A stretch of DNA of 64,000 nucleotides from an uncultured Acidobacteriota bacterium (lineage in GTDB: Bacteria > Acidobacteriota > Terriglobia > Acidiferrales > UBA7541): contig CAWBIB010000005.1 of assembly GCA_963788785.1 (NCBI GenBank), positions 111,893 to 175,892 on the forward strand. The letters run 5' to 3'. A program made the translations under genes and the position numbers. Below the pieces are notes generated by a model. It did not search any database. It was not told where the DNA came from and was given only the letters and a program-made list of their open reading frames with translations. Positions 19,404 through 29,069 of the stretch are shown one piece after another. Numbering within the stretch: position 1 is the first letter of the stretch; each line of letters begins with the position of its first letter.

Positions 19404-20011
19404 CGATCGGCTAAAGGAATCACAAATTTCAGCGCAGTGTGCGTGGCGGAAAAGCCAACCACCTTCACATCTTTAAGGCCAGCCTTACGCCCAGCCGAAA
19501 TCACGCCCACTTCCGTAATGTCTTTTCGACCCTTGGGATAAACCATCCATAACCCAACAGCGCCTTTCATCTTTTTCGCGTGTTTCGCAACTAGACTCAA
19601 ATCCTTTTCGGATTCCGCCAAAACAAATATCCACTCCGCGTCGCCATCAATCGCTCCGGAATTTACAACACACTTCAGATCGCGCAACTCCCGCAAAAAT
19701 CCCGGCTCAAATTCCCCGATCACCGATACCCCCGCCCCCGTCTTCACTCCCAATTTCTCCATCCGCGACTTCGGATGCAAAATCTTCTCTCGCCACTTCG
19801 CGGCAACTTTCTCTCCCACCTCAAACGCCACCAACTCACCGCCAGCCTTCACGACCAAGTCGCCCTTCACCACTTCTACCGACTTCATTTCCGCAAACGG
19901 AATTTTTAGTCGTGTGGACCCGCGAAAAATAATCTCCGCGGCCTCGAGCAACACTTTCCCCTCCGTTCGATTCCTCCCCACCCGCATCGCACACTGAACT
20001 TCATTCCCCAC
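19400..20011 (-). CDS. DUF3052-like hypothetical protein
   Basis: EKLGVK, LWMVYPKG, GLKDVKVVGFS.THTALKF pattern. Confidence 0.6.
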   Translation of the reverse strand: MGNEVQCAMRVGRNRTEGKVLLEAAEIIFRGSTRLKIPFAEMKSVEVVKGDLVVKAGGELVAFEVGEKVAAKWREKILHPKSRMEKLGVKTGAGVSVIGEFEPGFLRELRDLKCVVNSGAIDGDAEWIFVLAESEKDLSLVAKHAKKMKGAVGLWMVYPKGRKDITEVGVISAGRKAGLKDVKVVGFSATHTALKFVIPLADR

Positions 20012-20138
20012 GATTCACCGCCCGCTCAAATTCGTCGCAGTTCGCCGCAACCTCACGCGAACGCGACGTTTCAATTCCGCAACGCCCCACACGCGCCACC
20101 ATAATCCACCACCGCCGCGATAGTAAACTAGTCTATTC

Positions 20139-21520
20139 ATGGCCACGACCACCGCCAGCTCGCCAGCTCCGCCGCGCGTGACGCTGCCTAGTCCGCCCGC
20201 CCCTCCAGCCACGGCCAGGCCCGTTGACTGGAAACTCATTTGGGCGCAACGCGGCTTCCGCTATTTCTTTTTCGCCATGCTGATCTCGCTGTTCGGCAGC
20301 GGCATGAACTTTGCCGGCGTCAGCTGGTACATCCTCGCCGCCACCCATTCCACCGTAAAAGTCAGCCTGCAGGTAATCGTGGTGACGCTCCCCGGCCTGG
20401 TAATTCCCTTCGTAGGCGGAGTCCTGATCGACCGCTTCGACCGCCGCTACCTGGGCGTGCTGCTCGACGCTGCCCGCGGCATCGTGGTGCTGAGCCACCG
20501 CCTACATCGCCTGGACGCGGCCACCTCCAGCTCTGGCACCTCTACGCCATGACCCTGATCACCGGCACCGGCTCCGCCATGTATTGGGCCAACGTAAACT
20601 CCCTGGTCCAAGAAGTAATCCCGCCCAGCCAATTCACCGGTGCCAACGCCGCCGTTTTAGTCGGAGTACAAAGCGGCATGCTGATCGCCGGCTCGGTAGT
20701 CGGCTTCATCTACGATCGCGCCGGCATCTGGGGCATCCTGGCCATCGACGGCCTCACCTACTTCGTCTCCGCCTATTGCCTCTACAAAGTTCGCAGCGGC
20801 TACGTCTCCCCGCGCACCCACGGGAAAACCAATCGCGTCTACAGCCAGGCCACCGAAGCCACCGCCGAGGCCCTCGAAAGCGGCGCCAATCCCGAGGTCG
20901 CCGAGGCCGGCCTCTCACTCGCGATGTACAAAGATTTCAAAGAAGGCATCAACTATCTGAAGCGCGAACCCATCGTCCGCGCCCTCGGCATCACTCACGC
21001 CATCATGATGGCCGGAGTCGTCAGCGCCAACGTAATCCTGGTCGCTCTGGTAAATGACGTCTTACACGCTGGCGCCAAAGGCCTGGGTTTTGTGGAAGCC
21101 GGATGGGCCGCAGGCGCTGTAACCGGTGGCCTGATCGCCAGCCAACTCTCGCAAAAAGTTCGCATGCCCGTCTACGTCGCGGCGCTTGCAATTCTAGCGG
21201 TCGGACACATGGCCACCCCTTACGTTGCCTTCCTGATCGGCGCCGCCACCCTACAATTCCTGTTCGGCCTCTGCCGCAGCCTGGGAGGGGTCGTCGCTCA
21301 ATCCGGCCTGATGTCCATCGTGCCCCAACACTTCATGGGCCGCACCCAGTCTGCAATGGCCATCCTCACCACAATAATCCAGCTCATCATGAGCGTGGGC
21401 CTGGGCGTAATCGCCGAACGCATCAACCTAACCGCCGGCTACGCGCTCTTGGCATTACTCTACGTAGCCGCGACAATCTTCGCCTCCCGCGCCCGCCAAC
21501 TCCTCCACCCGCCGTTGTAG
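20139..21520 (+). CDS. MFS transporter (frameshifted near 20493 and 20515)
   Basis: G..IDRFDRR motif A and about 12 TMs across two ORFs; removing one A at each of 20493 and 20515 gives continuous GIVVLATAYIAWRGHLQLWHLYAM. Confidence 0.85.
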
Positions 21521-21690
21521 CGGCGGGTCTTCAGACCCGTTCTTCTGCCCGTTTTGTTGAGTTTGACTTCGTAGCGGCAGCCTTCTGAGGCGGTCGCCTT
21601 TGAATTTGTTTTCTGAATCTGTGTTTTGACTTTCTTTCCTCAGGCTCCCTTTCTCCGCGTCCTCTGCGCCTCTGCGTCCTCTGCGTTAAT
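21517..21690 (+). repeat. Cluster of REP-like palindromes plus CTCTGCG heptamer repeats
   Basis: GTAG-CGG-CGGGTCT-TC-AGACCCG at 21517 (its TAG is the MFS stop), class A copy at 21571, and tandem (C/T)CTCTGCG repeats near 21651-21685. Confidence 0.75.
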
Positions 21691-21788
21691 CTTCTATCTT
21701 CGTCCGTAAAACTCTGGTCCCCCGCGAATCCCCTTGAACCCACGCCCGCACCGTTCTCTAATAATCCCTTCGCTCACGAGGCCACCGA

Positions 21789-22289
21789 ATGGAAATCACC
21801 ACCATCCACCCCTTCCTCCGCTACTTCCACAACGTCCGCGAACGCACCCTCCGCGTAGCCCGCCTGATCCCTCCAGACCAAATCAACTGGACCTACGCCG
21901 AAGGAAAATTCACATTCGGCGACCTGCTCCGCCACCTGGCCGTAGCCGAACGCTTCATGTGGGCCGAAAACGTCCAAGGCCTCCCCAGCCGCTTCACTTC
22001 CCAAGGCCCGGAACTTGCTGCCACCCTCCCGGAAATTTTCGCCTTCATGGAGCGCCTGCACAGCGAATCCATGGCCATCTTCGGCAAGCTCACCGACGAC
22101 CAGCTAAAACAGAAATGCCCCACCCCCGGTGACGGCCAAATCACCACCGCCAAATGGCTCCGCGCCATGGTCGAACACGAAGTCCACCACCGCGGCCAAA
22201 TCTACATCTACCTCGGAATCCTCGGCATCCCCACCCCACCCATCTTCGGCCTAACCTCCGAACAAGTCCGCGCGACCAGCCAGCCTTGA
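21789..22289 (+). CDS. DinB family protein
   Basis: FTFGDLLRHLA, MVEHEVHHRGQI.IYL..LG metal-site pattern. Confidence 0.88.
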   Translation: MEITTIHPFLRYFHNVRERTLRVARLIPPDQINWTYAEGKFTFGDLLRHLAVAERFMWAENVQGLPSRFTSQGPELAATLPEIFAFMERLHSESMAIFGKLTDDQLKQKCPTPGDGQITTAKWLRAMVEHEVHHRGQIYIYLGILGIPTPPIFGLTSEQVRATSQP

Positions 22290-22305
22290 TCTCGTCTTTG
22301 ACTTT

Positions 22306-22374
22306 GTAGCGGCCGCCTTCTGAGGCGGTCGCCTGTGACTTTTTAGGGGCGTCCGCCGCGGCGGACTGCGCCAC
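22306..22374 (+). repeat. REP-like palindromes (class A plus TTAG variant)
   Basis: GTAGCGGCCGCCTTCTGAGGCGGTCGCC, then TTAGGGGCG-TCCGCCGCGGCGGA-CTGCGCC. Confidence 0.7.
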
Positions 22375-22596
22375 AGCTTGCCCGGACGGATACTTTCGCC
22401 CGGCTATATTTAACTCCTTTAAAAAAACAACCGATTCGTTTGAGTACCCAGGCCAGATCGCAGAGCGTTTGGTGTTTCCCGGGAACGCCAATCTCCCGAT
22501 TGGCGATGTAGTCCACATCGCGCAATCCTTACCGAGGGACGCAAATCAAAAACGAAATCTACCCCAACTCGCGAACCCGCGCTAAAATCCCCACCC

Positions 22597-23505
22597 ATGG
22601 CACCACCAACCTCCCTCGCTGACCTAAACCGCCTTCACGCCATCCCCGGAATCGCTCAAATCCTCGAAAACGAATCCGGCCCCCACGTCCGCATAACCCC
22701 AAAATCCTGCGCCGTCACCATGCACCTCCACGGCGCCCAAATCACTTCCTGGAAACCCGCCAACTCCCAGGAAGTAATTTTTCTGAGCAGCAAAGCCCGC
22801 TTCTCCGAAGGCCAAGCCATCCGCGGCGGCATTCCCATCTGCTTCCCCTGGTTTCGCGCCAAATCCGACGATCCCAAAGCCCCGGCTCACGGCTTCGTTC
22901 GCACCAAAAACTGGGACCTCGATTCAATAAAAGCCGAAAACGACAACGTCGCCGTAACCATGACCACCGAATCCGACGACAGCACAAAAAAATACTGGCC
23001 CGCAGATTTCCAATTGAAACTCCGGGCCACCTTCGGCGCCGCTCTTAAGCTGGAACTAACCACCACCAACACCGGTACCACGCCGCTCAGCTACGAGGAA
23101 GCTATCCATACCTACTACGCGATAGGAGATATCCACCAAGCCCGGATTAAAGGTTTGGATAACGCGACCTACCTCGACAACACCGACGCCAACAAAGAAA
23201 AAACACAAAGCGGTGACGTAACCATCTCCGCCGCGACCGACAGCGCCTACATCAACAACGAAAACTCTCTGGAACTCATCGATCCCGTCCTGAATCGCCG
23301 CATCCACTTCCAAAAACAAAACTCCCACACCACCGTAGTCTGGAATCCCTGGGAAGCCGCCGCCAACAAAATGTCCGACATGGGCGAGGGTGAATGGAAG
23401 CAAATGTTATGCGCTGAAGGCGCCAACATTTTAGGAAACGCCGTCAGCTTAAACCCCGGCGCACACCACACCACCACAGTCACAATGACCGTCTCGTCTC
23501 TGTGA
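22597..23505 (+). CDS. D-hexose-6-phosphate mutarotase (aldose 1-epimerase family)
   Basis: HGAQITSW, AIRGGIPICFPWF, HGFVRT, HTYY, VVWNPW, MLCAE. Confidence 0.9.
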   Translation: MAPPTSLADLNRLHAIPGIAQILENESGPHVRITPKSCAVTMHLHGAQITSWKPANSQEVIFLSSKARFSEGQAIRGGIPICFPWFRAKSDDPKAPAHGFVRTKNWDLDSIKAENDNVAVTMTTESDDSTKKYWPADFQLKLRATFGAALKLELTTTNTGTTPLSYEEAIHTYYAIGDIHQARIKGLDNATYLDNTDANKEKTQSGDVTISAATDSAYINNENSLELIDPVLNRRIHFQKQNSHTTVVWNPWEAAANKMSDMGEGEWKQMLCAEGANILGNAVSLNPGAHHTTTVTMTVSSL

Positions 23506-23530
23506 ACATAGCGCTTCTCTAAATTGTCTC

Positions 23531-23640
23531 GGGGGTCGGAGCTTCAGCTCCGACATGATCGCTGCGCCTACCAACCGGCTTTAGCCGCTGAGGAACCGCC
23601 TTCCTGTTTTTTCTGCAAGAGGCCGGGACTTCAGCCCCTG
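23531..23640 (+). repeat. Second REP-like cluster (CTTCAG/CTTTAG-centred hairpins)
   Basis: GTCGGAGC-TTCA-GCTCCGAC, CGGCTTTAGCCG-CTGAGG, GGGACTTCAGCCCC. Confidence 0.6.
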
Positions 23641-23707
23641 CTAAAGTCCGCGCAATAAATCACCTCGGCGAAACCCACACGGTCCAGACTTCATCTTTCA
23701 TGACGAC

Positions 23708-24139
23708 TTACGTCGAATTCACCCACAGGGGATCTTGAATTACTTCGCATCCAGCTACTTCTTTATCTTCCAGAACCGAGATTTCCGGATTTTTGGGATC
23801 GTATCGAACCGTAACGGAACACCCGTCCAAGCGCTTTTGTAACTGATCCGCCGACAGCATATCTTCGGCCAGAACCACGAAAAATCCGTAGTGTGAGCGA
23901 GTGTCTACCGTATAGGCATATCCGAACCTGCTCTGAACCGAACCCGATCGAATATACCCTCCGGAACCAGGCTGCAAAGTTTCTCCACGCTGAACAATCC
24001 CCGGAATGGCCGGCCAGCTGTGGCTACGGAGAGTTCGAATGTAGGAACGAATCGCCAGGAATCCAACACGCAGTCCAATGCCTCCGCCAAAAAGCGCCAA
24101 CGCCCACTCAAAAATGTTTTGCGCCTGCGACATCAGCAT
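23708..24139 (-). CDS. DUF3592-like membrane protein
   Basis: N-terminal TM, then SHSWPAIPG.V, YAYTV, V.VRYDPKNP..SVL. Confidence 0.7.
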   Translation of the reverse strand: MLMSQAQNIFEWALALFGGGIGLRVGFLAIRSYIRTLRSHSWPAIPGIVQRGETLQPGSGGYIRSGSVQSRFGYAYTVDTRSHYGFFVVLAEDMLSADQLQKRLDGCSVTVRYDPKNPEISVLEDKEVAGCEVIQDPLWVNST

Positions 24140-24143
24140 TCTC

Positions 24144-26165
24144 TTACCGAACTTCTTCAGGGCGATTCACTTCCTCACTCTTCTTCTCCACCACTCCCGC
24201 CGCGCCAGCCTTCCCCAGCAAATCCACCGCCTCTTGATACAACTTCGCCCGCAATAAATGCCGCTCACTCGCACTCGTAATATACCGCACCGAAATCTCC
24301 ACCCCGCCCACCACCGGCTTCACATTAATCGCCGGAGCCGCAGTCATCTCCGTAACATTCCGGTCCCCCGCCGCCTGCTTCCATTCAGACTCCGCCTGCC
24401 GTGCGCTGGCCGCCGTACTCTCGGTAACTCGCTTCTGAATCGCCGCCACGATCGGATACGGATCCATCCCCATCGGCAGCACCACCTGCAACTCATCCCA
24501 CAACCACTGCCCCGAAGTTGAAAAATTGAAGTAATGATTTTCAATCGCGAAACTATTCGTGAACGTCACCCGCCGCCCGGTCGGATGTCCCGAATCCGTC
24601 CAGTTCCCGGTCTCCAGCAATACGGTGTGAAACATTCCCAGCTCCACCACTTCCCCGGTAACCCCGTTAATCTCCACCCAATCCCCCAGCCGGATCCCGT
24701 TCTTCCCCATCAAAACAAACCAGCCCAAAAATCCCACAATAAAATCTTTCAGCGCCACGGTGAGACCAGCGCCGGCCAATCCCAAAAACGTTCCCAGCTG
24801 CGACGGCGGCCCAAAAATTACCAGCAACACAAAGAGCACCGCCAGCACTTGCAATGACACTCGCGTAACCGTTCGCAGCGTTTGCACCTGCCGCCGGTCC
24901 AAAGAAGTCTTTCCCAGCAATTTTTCCAGCCACCCGTCAAAAACCAGTCCAATCAAAAGAATCGCCAGAATGATCGCCACGCCCACCAGCATGCGGTGTT
25001 CCGTCGCCCGTTTCTTCGCTGCGATCAACGCGCCCCACTTGGCGTAGACCTCGGCCAAATCTTTTTGGTCGTCGATCCGTTTATCAAAAGTAGAAAGCGC
25101 CTGCTGATCCACCGCCCGCCGTTTCGTAGTCTTTAGCAGCGACACCGTTTCATCGTGATTGTGGGTCGCGTGCTGCCCCGCGGAAGTTGCCGCAGCACTG
25201 CCGGCAGCAGTAGTTGGCTTTCCGGCGTTCGACGTTTTTGCCGGAGCCGCATTCTGTGTCGCCGATTTTGCCTGTCCGGTTGGAGGTACCGATGGAGCTA
25301 CGGTACCCGGCGCAGCGGCATTGGCCGGTGCCGAAGGCGTTGCTTGAACTGTTCCCGTAGCGACAGTTCCATTTACATCCGTCCCGCCATTTTTCTCCGC
25401 GTTAAGCTGCGCATCCAGCGCGTTGTGTTTATTCGAGAGCCTTGCCACCACTGCTTCCGCATCTTCCTTCGCCTGCTGTAGCTGCCGCTCTTTTTCTCGC
25501 AGCGCCCGCCACTGTTCCGCGCGATGGATCAGCCCCAACTGTTCCGGAGCCGTCTGCACCGCCGCCAATGCCTTCTCGGTGTTGTGCGCGGTCGCCTCAT
25601 GCTGATCGACCATCTGCTGAATCCGTTCCTGCGGATTGCCGCCCGCCCTGATCAGATCCTGCTTGGCATCATCCACCTCATCTTCATCGAGCTCTTGTTG
25701 AGACTTGGCCAGCTCCAGCTCGTCATCCAGCGCATCTTTCTGCGCATTGCTGGCCTTGGCGTCCGCGACGGTAAGCGCCGCAACGCGCGCCTTATCCGCG
25801 TCCAGCGCCTTCTCCGAGTTCTGCAGCCGGGTCTGAACTTCCTTCGCTTCCGCGGACAGTGCCGGTGGATGCTCCGCCGCATCGCGCAACGCCTGCGCAA
25901 ACGCTATGTCCACCGCATGGTCCGAAATCCGCAGCGCTTCCGCAGCAAAAGCCTGCTCGTCCGCCGCCGTAACCAGCCCCGCCAAACGCTGCGCGGTAAA
26001 CAGCGGCGTCTGATCCACAGCATTCTTGGCCTGCGCATCCCCCGGAGTAGTCGTGACCACGACTACTCCAAGATACGTCGGCCCGCCCGTACGCAACAAC
26101 CCATAACCCGCCGCGCCCAAAAGCAAAATCAACACCACCGCCGCAATCTTTTCCGAAGTCTTCAT
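24144..26165 (-). CDS. MscS-family mechanosensitive channel with large N-terminal extension
   Basis: GLAGAGLTVALKD, IRLGDWVEINGVTGEV, VTFTNS; N-terminal helical region and Ala/Pro/Thr linker. Confidence 0.88.
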   Translation of the reverse strand: MKTSEKIAAVVLILLLGAAGYGLLRTGGPTYLGVVVVTTTPGDAQAKNAVDQTPLFTAQRLAGLVTAADEQAFAAEALRISDHAVDIAFAQALRDAAEHPPALSAEAKEVQTRLQNSEKALDADKARVAALTVADAKASNAQKDALDDELELAKSQQELDEDEVDDAKQDLIRAGGNPQERIQQMVDQHEATAHNTEKALAAVQTAPEQLGLIHRAEQWRALREKERQLQQAKEDAEAVVARLSNKHNALDAQLNAEKNGGTDVNGTVATGTVQATPSAPANAAAPGTVAPSVPPTGQAKSATQNAAPAKTSNAGKPTTAAGSAAATSAGQHATHNHDETVSLLKTTKRRAVDQQALSTFDKRIDDQKDLAEVYAKWGALIAAKKRATEHRMLVGVAIILAILLIGLVFDGWLEKLLGKTSLDRRQVQTLRTVTRVSLQVLAVLFVLLVIFGPPSQLGTFLGLAGAGLTVALKDFIVGFLGWFVLMGKNGIRLGDWVEINGVTGEVVELGMFHTVLLETGNWTDSGHPTGRRVTFTNSFAIENHYFNFSTSGQWLWDELQVVLPMGMDPYPIVAAIQKRVTESTAASARQAESEWKQAAGDRNVTEMTAAPAINVKPVVGGVEISVRYITSASERHLLRAKLYQEAVDLLGKAGAAGVVEKKSEEVNRPEEVR

Positions 26166-26260
26166 AAAGTAAGTCCGGCCCCAATTCTACCTCGTCCCAG
26201 TGCGCAGAACGCCCCTTCTTATAACCACAATTTTCTCCAACGCAGATCCCGACGCAACGC

Positions 26261-26346
26261 GCACTTGTAGCCGCACTTGTAGCGGCGGGTCTTCAGACCC
26301 GTTCTTTTGCCGTCGCTTCTGTAGGGGCACGGCATGCCGTGCCCCT
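26261..26346 (+). repeat. REP-like pair (GTAG classes B and C)
   Basis: Near-tandem GCACTTGTAGC duplication, GTAGCGGCGGGTCTTCAGACCCG (same as 21517) and GTAGGGGCACGGCATGCCGTGCCCC at 26321. Confidence 0.75.
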
Positions 26347-26504
26347 CTTGGTTTCCCAAACACCCGATCCCACCATCGCCCACACACAACCAAACGCCTT
26401 CCCAGCCCATTCCCGCCTCGAATTCCCCGCTCAAACAATTCCCAAAATGGTCCGCAATACCGCACACACAAAAAGCTTAGTATCTCCAGTACCTCAGAAT
26501 TGAC

Positions 26505-26532
26505 TTGACCCTCATATAATAAATGTTATTCT
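26505..26532 (+). promoter_or_regulatory. Candidate sigma70 promoter upstream of hicAB or of an sRNA
   Basis: TTGACC-16 nt-TATTCT within an AT-rich patch. Confidence 0.45.
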
Positions 26533-26824
26533 AATCCCATTCAGAACCGCGCCCGCGGTAGAAACCAAACATTCCAAAGCATCTCGTGATCTTTCGGGAC
26601 TACTCGGCAACGGCGTTTGGCGCCGGCGCATAGTATCTAGTCTGCCAACAAAACGCACCCGTAACTCCCGCAGAATGAACACTTACGAATCGTTATCAAA
26701 ACAAAAGACTTTAACCAGTTTAGAATCACAACGATTCACCATTCCCCGGGGGTAGCTGCGATAACCAACTGCGCGAATATCGTCAGGACCGACCTCAGGA
26801 TGGTCAGCTTGTGAGGGTCTGCCT

Positions 26825-27013
26825 GTGAAAGTCCGGGACGTGCTGCGACCGATAAAAGAGGATGGCTGGATTCACGTCCGAACCAAGGGAAGTCATCGGC
26901 AGTTCAAACATTCTGTTAAACTGGGCTTGATCACGGTCGCCGGACACCCCAGCGAAGAAGTGGCGCCGGGAACACTTAAGAGCATTCTGAAACAGGCAGG
27001 GCTAGCCCGATGA
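26825..27013 (+). CDS. hicA: HicA family toxin (type II TA)
   Basis: GW..VRTKGSHRQFKH...ITVAGH..E.APGTLKSILKQAGL. Confidence 0.92.
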   Translation: MKVRDVLRPIKEDGWIHVRTKGSHRQFKHSVKLGLITVAGHPSEEVAPGTLKSILKQAGLAR

Positions 27014-27225
27014 AAAAATACCTTATTCTCATCGAACCGACCTCGACCGGCTTTTCCGCGTATTCGCCGGACCTTCCGGGATGCATCGCCACCGGCCCCA
27101 CCCGCGAAGAAGTTGAGCGCAACATGCAGGAAGCCATCGCCTTCCACCTTGAGGGCCTGCGCGAAGAGGGCCAACCGATACCTGAACCACAAACGTTCTC
27201 GGCCTACGTCGAACTGCCTGCTTAA
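27010..27225 (+). CDS. hicB: HicB family antitoxin (short form)
   Basis: FSAYSPDLPGCIATG.T.EE...NMQEAI..HLEGL...G.PIP; ATGA overlap with hicA. Confidence 0.92.
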   Translation: MKKYLILIEPTSTGFSAYSPDLPGCIATGPTREEVERNMQEAIAFHLEGLREEGQPIPEPQTFSAYVELPA

Positions 27226-27256
27226 TTGAACCCGAAAATGAATCCGTCGGAAAAAT

Positions 27257-27290
27257 AAAAAACGCCCCGATTGCTCGGGGCGTTTTTTTT
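27257..27290. terminator. Bidirectional terminator between convergent hicB and rpoD
   Basis: A6-CGCCCCGA-TTGC-TCGGGGCG-T8. Confidence 0.88.
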
Positions 27291-27325
27291 GCTGAATATT
27301 TACGGCGCGAGTCGTGCCGGTCTTT

Positions 27326-29069
27326 CTAGAGGTAATCCCGCGATGGGCCTTCTAGGAAAGCGCGCAGCTTGCGCGAACGCGAAGGATGCCGCAGCTTGCG
27401 CAGCGCCTTCGCTTCAATCTGCCGGATGCGTTCGCGGGTCACCGCGAAGGACTGGCCCACCTCTTCGAGCGTGTGCTCGCTGCCATCGTCCAGCCCGAAC
27501 CGCATCTTGATTACCTTTTCTTCGCGCGGCGTCAGGGTCTTCAGCACCGAAGAGGTCTGCTCTTTCAAATTCAGGTTGATGACCGCATCGGACGGCGAAA
27601 CCACGGCCTTATCCTCGATGAAGTCTCCCAAATGCGAATCTTCTTCTTCGCCGATCGGGGTCTCGAGAGAAATCGGCTCTTGCGCGATTTTCAGAATCTT
27701 GCGCACCTTGGACACCGGAATGTCCATGCGCTTGGCGATTTCTTCGCTGGTCGGCTCACGTCCCAGTTCCTGCACCAGCTGGCGACTGGTGCGCACCAGC
27801 TTGTTGATCGTTTCGATCATGTGCACCGGAATACGGATGGTCCGGGCCTGGTCGGCGATCGCGCGGGTGATGGCCTGGCGAATCCACCACGTCGCATAGG
27901 TGGAGAACTTATAGCCGCGGCGCCATTCAAACTTGTCGACCGCTTTCATCAAACCGATGTTGCCTTCCTGAATCAAATCCAGGAATTGCAGACCGCGGTT
28001 GGTATATTTTTTCGCAATGGAAACCACCAAGCGCAAGTTGGCTTCGATCAATTCCTTCTTGGCTTGTTCGGCTTCCGCTTCGCCGCGATGAATGAACGTC
28101 AGCGTGCGCTTCAGTTCCGTCAAGCCTACTTCGCTGGCGTCTTCGATGTCTTTCAGTTCGGTGCGCCGCGTGCGCAATTCCTTGCGCGCTTCTGCCGCTA
28201 CATCGCCTTTGGCCACGTCGGCGCGGCGTTCCAGCCGTCCCGCTTCGCGTTCCAGCGATTGCAGACGCTCGACGGTGCCGCGCATCTTGTCGATCAACCG
28301 CTTCTTTTCAAACAGGTTGAAATCGATGTCGCGGATCGCTACCGAAATTTCCACGCGGGTGCGCGCCACATCCCACTTGGCGCGAATGTACTGGCGCTTC
28401 TTGGCTTTGGGAGTTTTATCCAGCTTGGACGCTTGTTTCAGCGCCGTATCGTAAAGCTTGGCGATCTTCTCGATGTACTTCAGCGTCTGCTTGGTCTTGT
28501 TGGCGATTTTCTCTTCGGTCAGCTCTTCGTCGTCGAAGATGACGATTTCTTTGATGGACCGCGCGCCCTTGCGCAAGTCTTCCCCAACTGCAATCAATTC
28601 CTTGATCACGATTGGCGATCGGGTGATCGACTTCATCACCACCAGTTGCCCGCGCTCGATGCGCTTGGCGATGGTTACTTCCCCCTCGCGCGTCAGCAAG
28701 GGCACGGTGCCCATCTCGCGCAAGTACATGCGCACCGGGTCGTTGGTTTTTTCGAGCGAACCCGGAGTCAGATCCAGTTCGCTGCTGCCTTCGTCCGAAT
28801 GCACATCGTCTTTGCGAGTCTTCGTCGCGCTCGCCCGGTTCGGTGGAAACTTCCACCGCGCGCGCCGCTTTGGCGGACGCCTGGTCTTCGTAAATCTCAA
28901 TGCCGTTGCGTTCAAACGTCGTCAGCAAGTCATCAATTTCTTCTGAAGAATGCACTTCCGCAGGAAGCGAATCGTTGACCTCATCGTAGAGCAGGTATCC
29001 ACGCTCTTTGCCCACGACAATGAGCTGTTTTACCGCTTCATATTTTTCTTCTAAACCCACTGCAGCCAC
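27326..29069 (-). CDS. rpoD: Primary sigma factor RpoD (one +1 frameshift near 28817, probably a sequence error)
   Basis: Region 1.1 ([20 protein letters not shown]) in one frame; regions 1.2-4 ([57 protein letters not shown]) in the next. Confidence 0.95.

Noticed and set aside
21517-22374. Clustered repeats as a possible CRISPR array
   Set aside because: Irregular spacing, mixed repeat classes, genes in between, no cas genes.
27386-28978. Long antisense ORFs (also 16608-17702, 56738-58213, 5557-6420 and many others)
   Set aside because: Shadow frames of clearly recognisable genes in high-GC DNA; no motifs of their own.
27326-29069. rpoD or relA as pseudogenes or programmed frameshifts
   Set aside because: rpoD is essential, no slippery heptamer or homopolymer is seen at the shift sites, and the same error type recurs in four genes.
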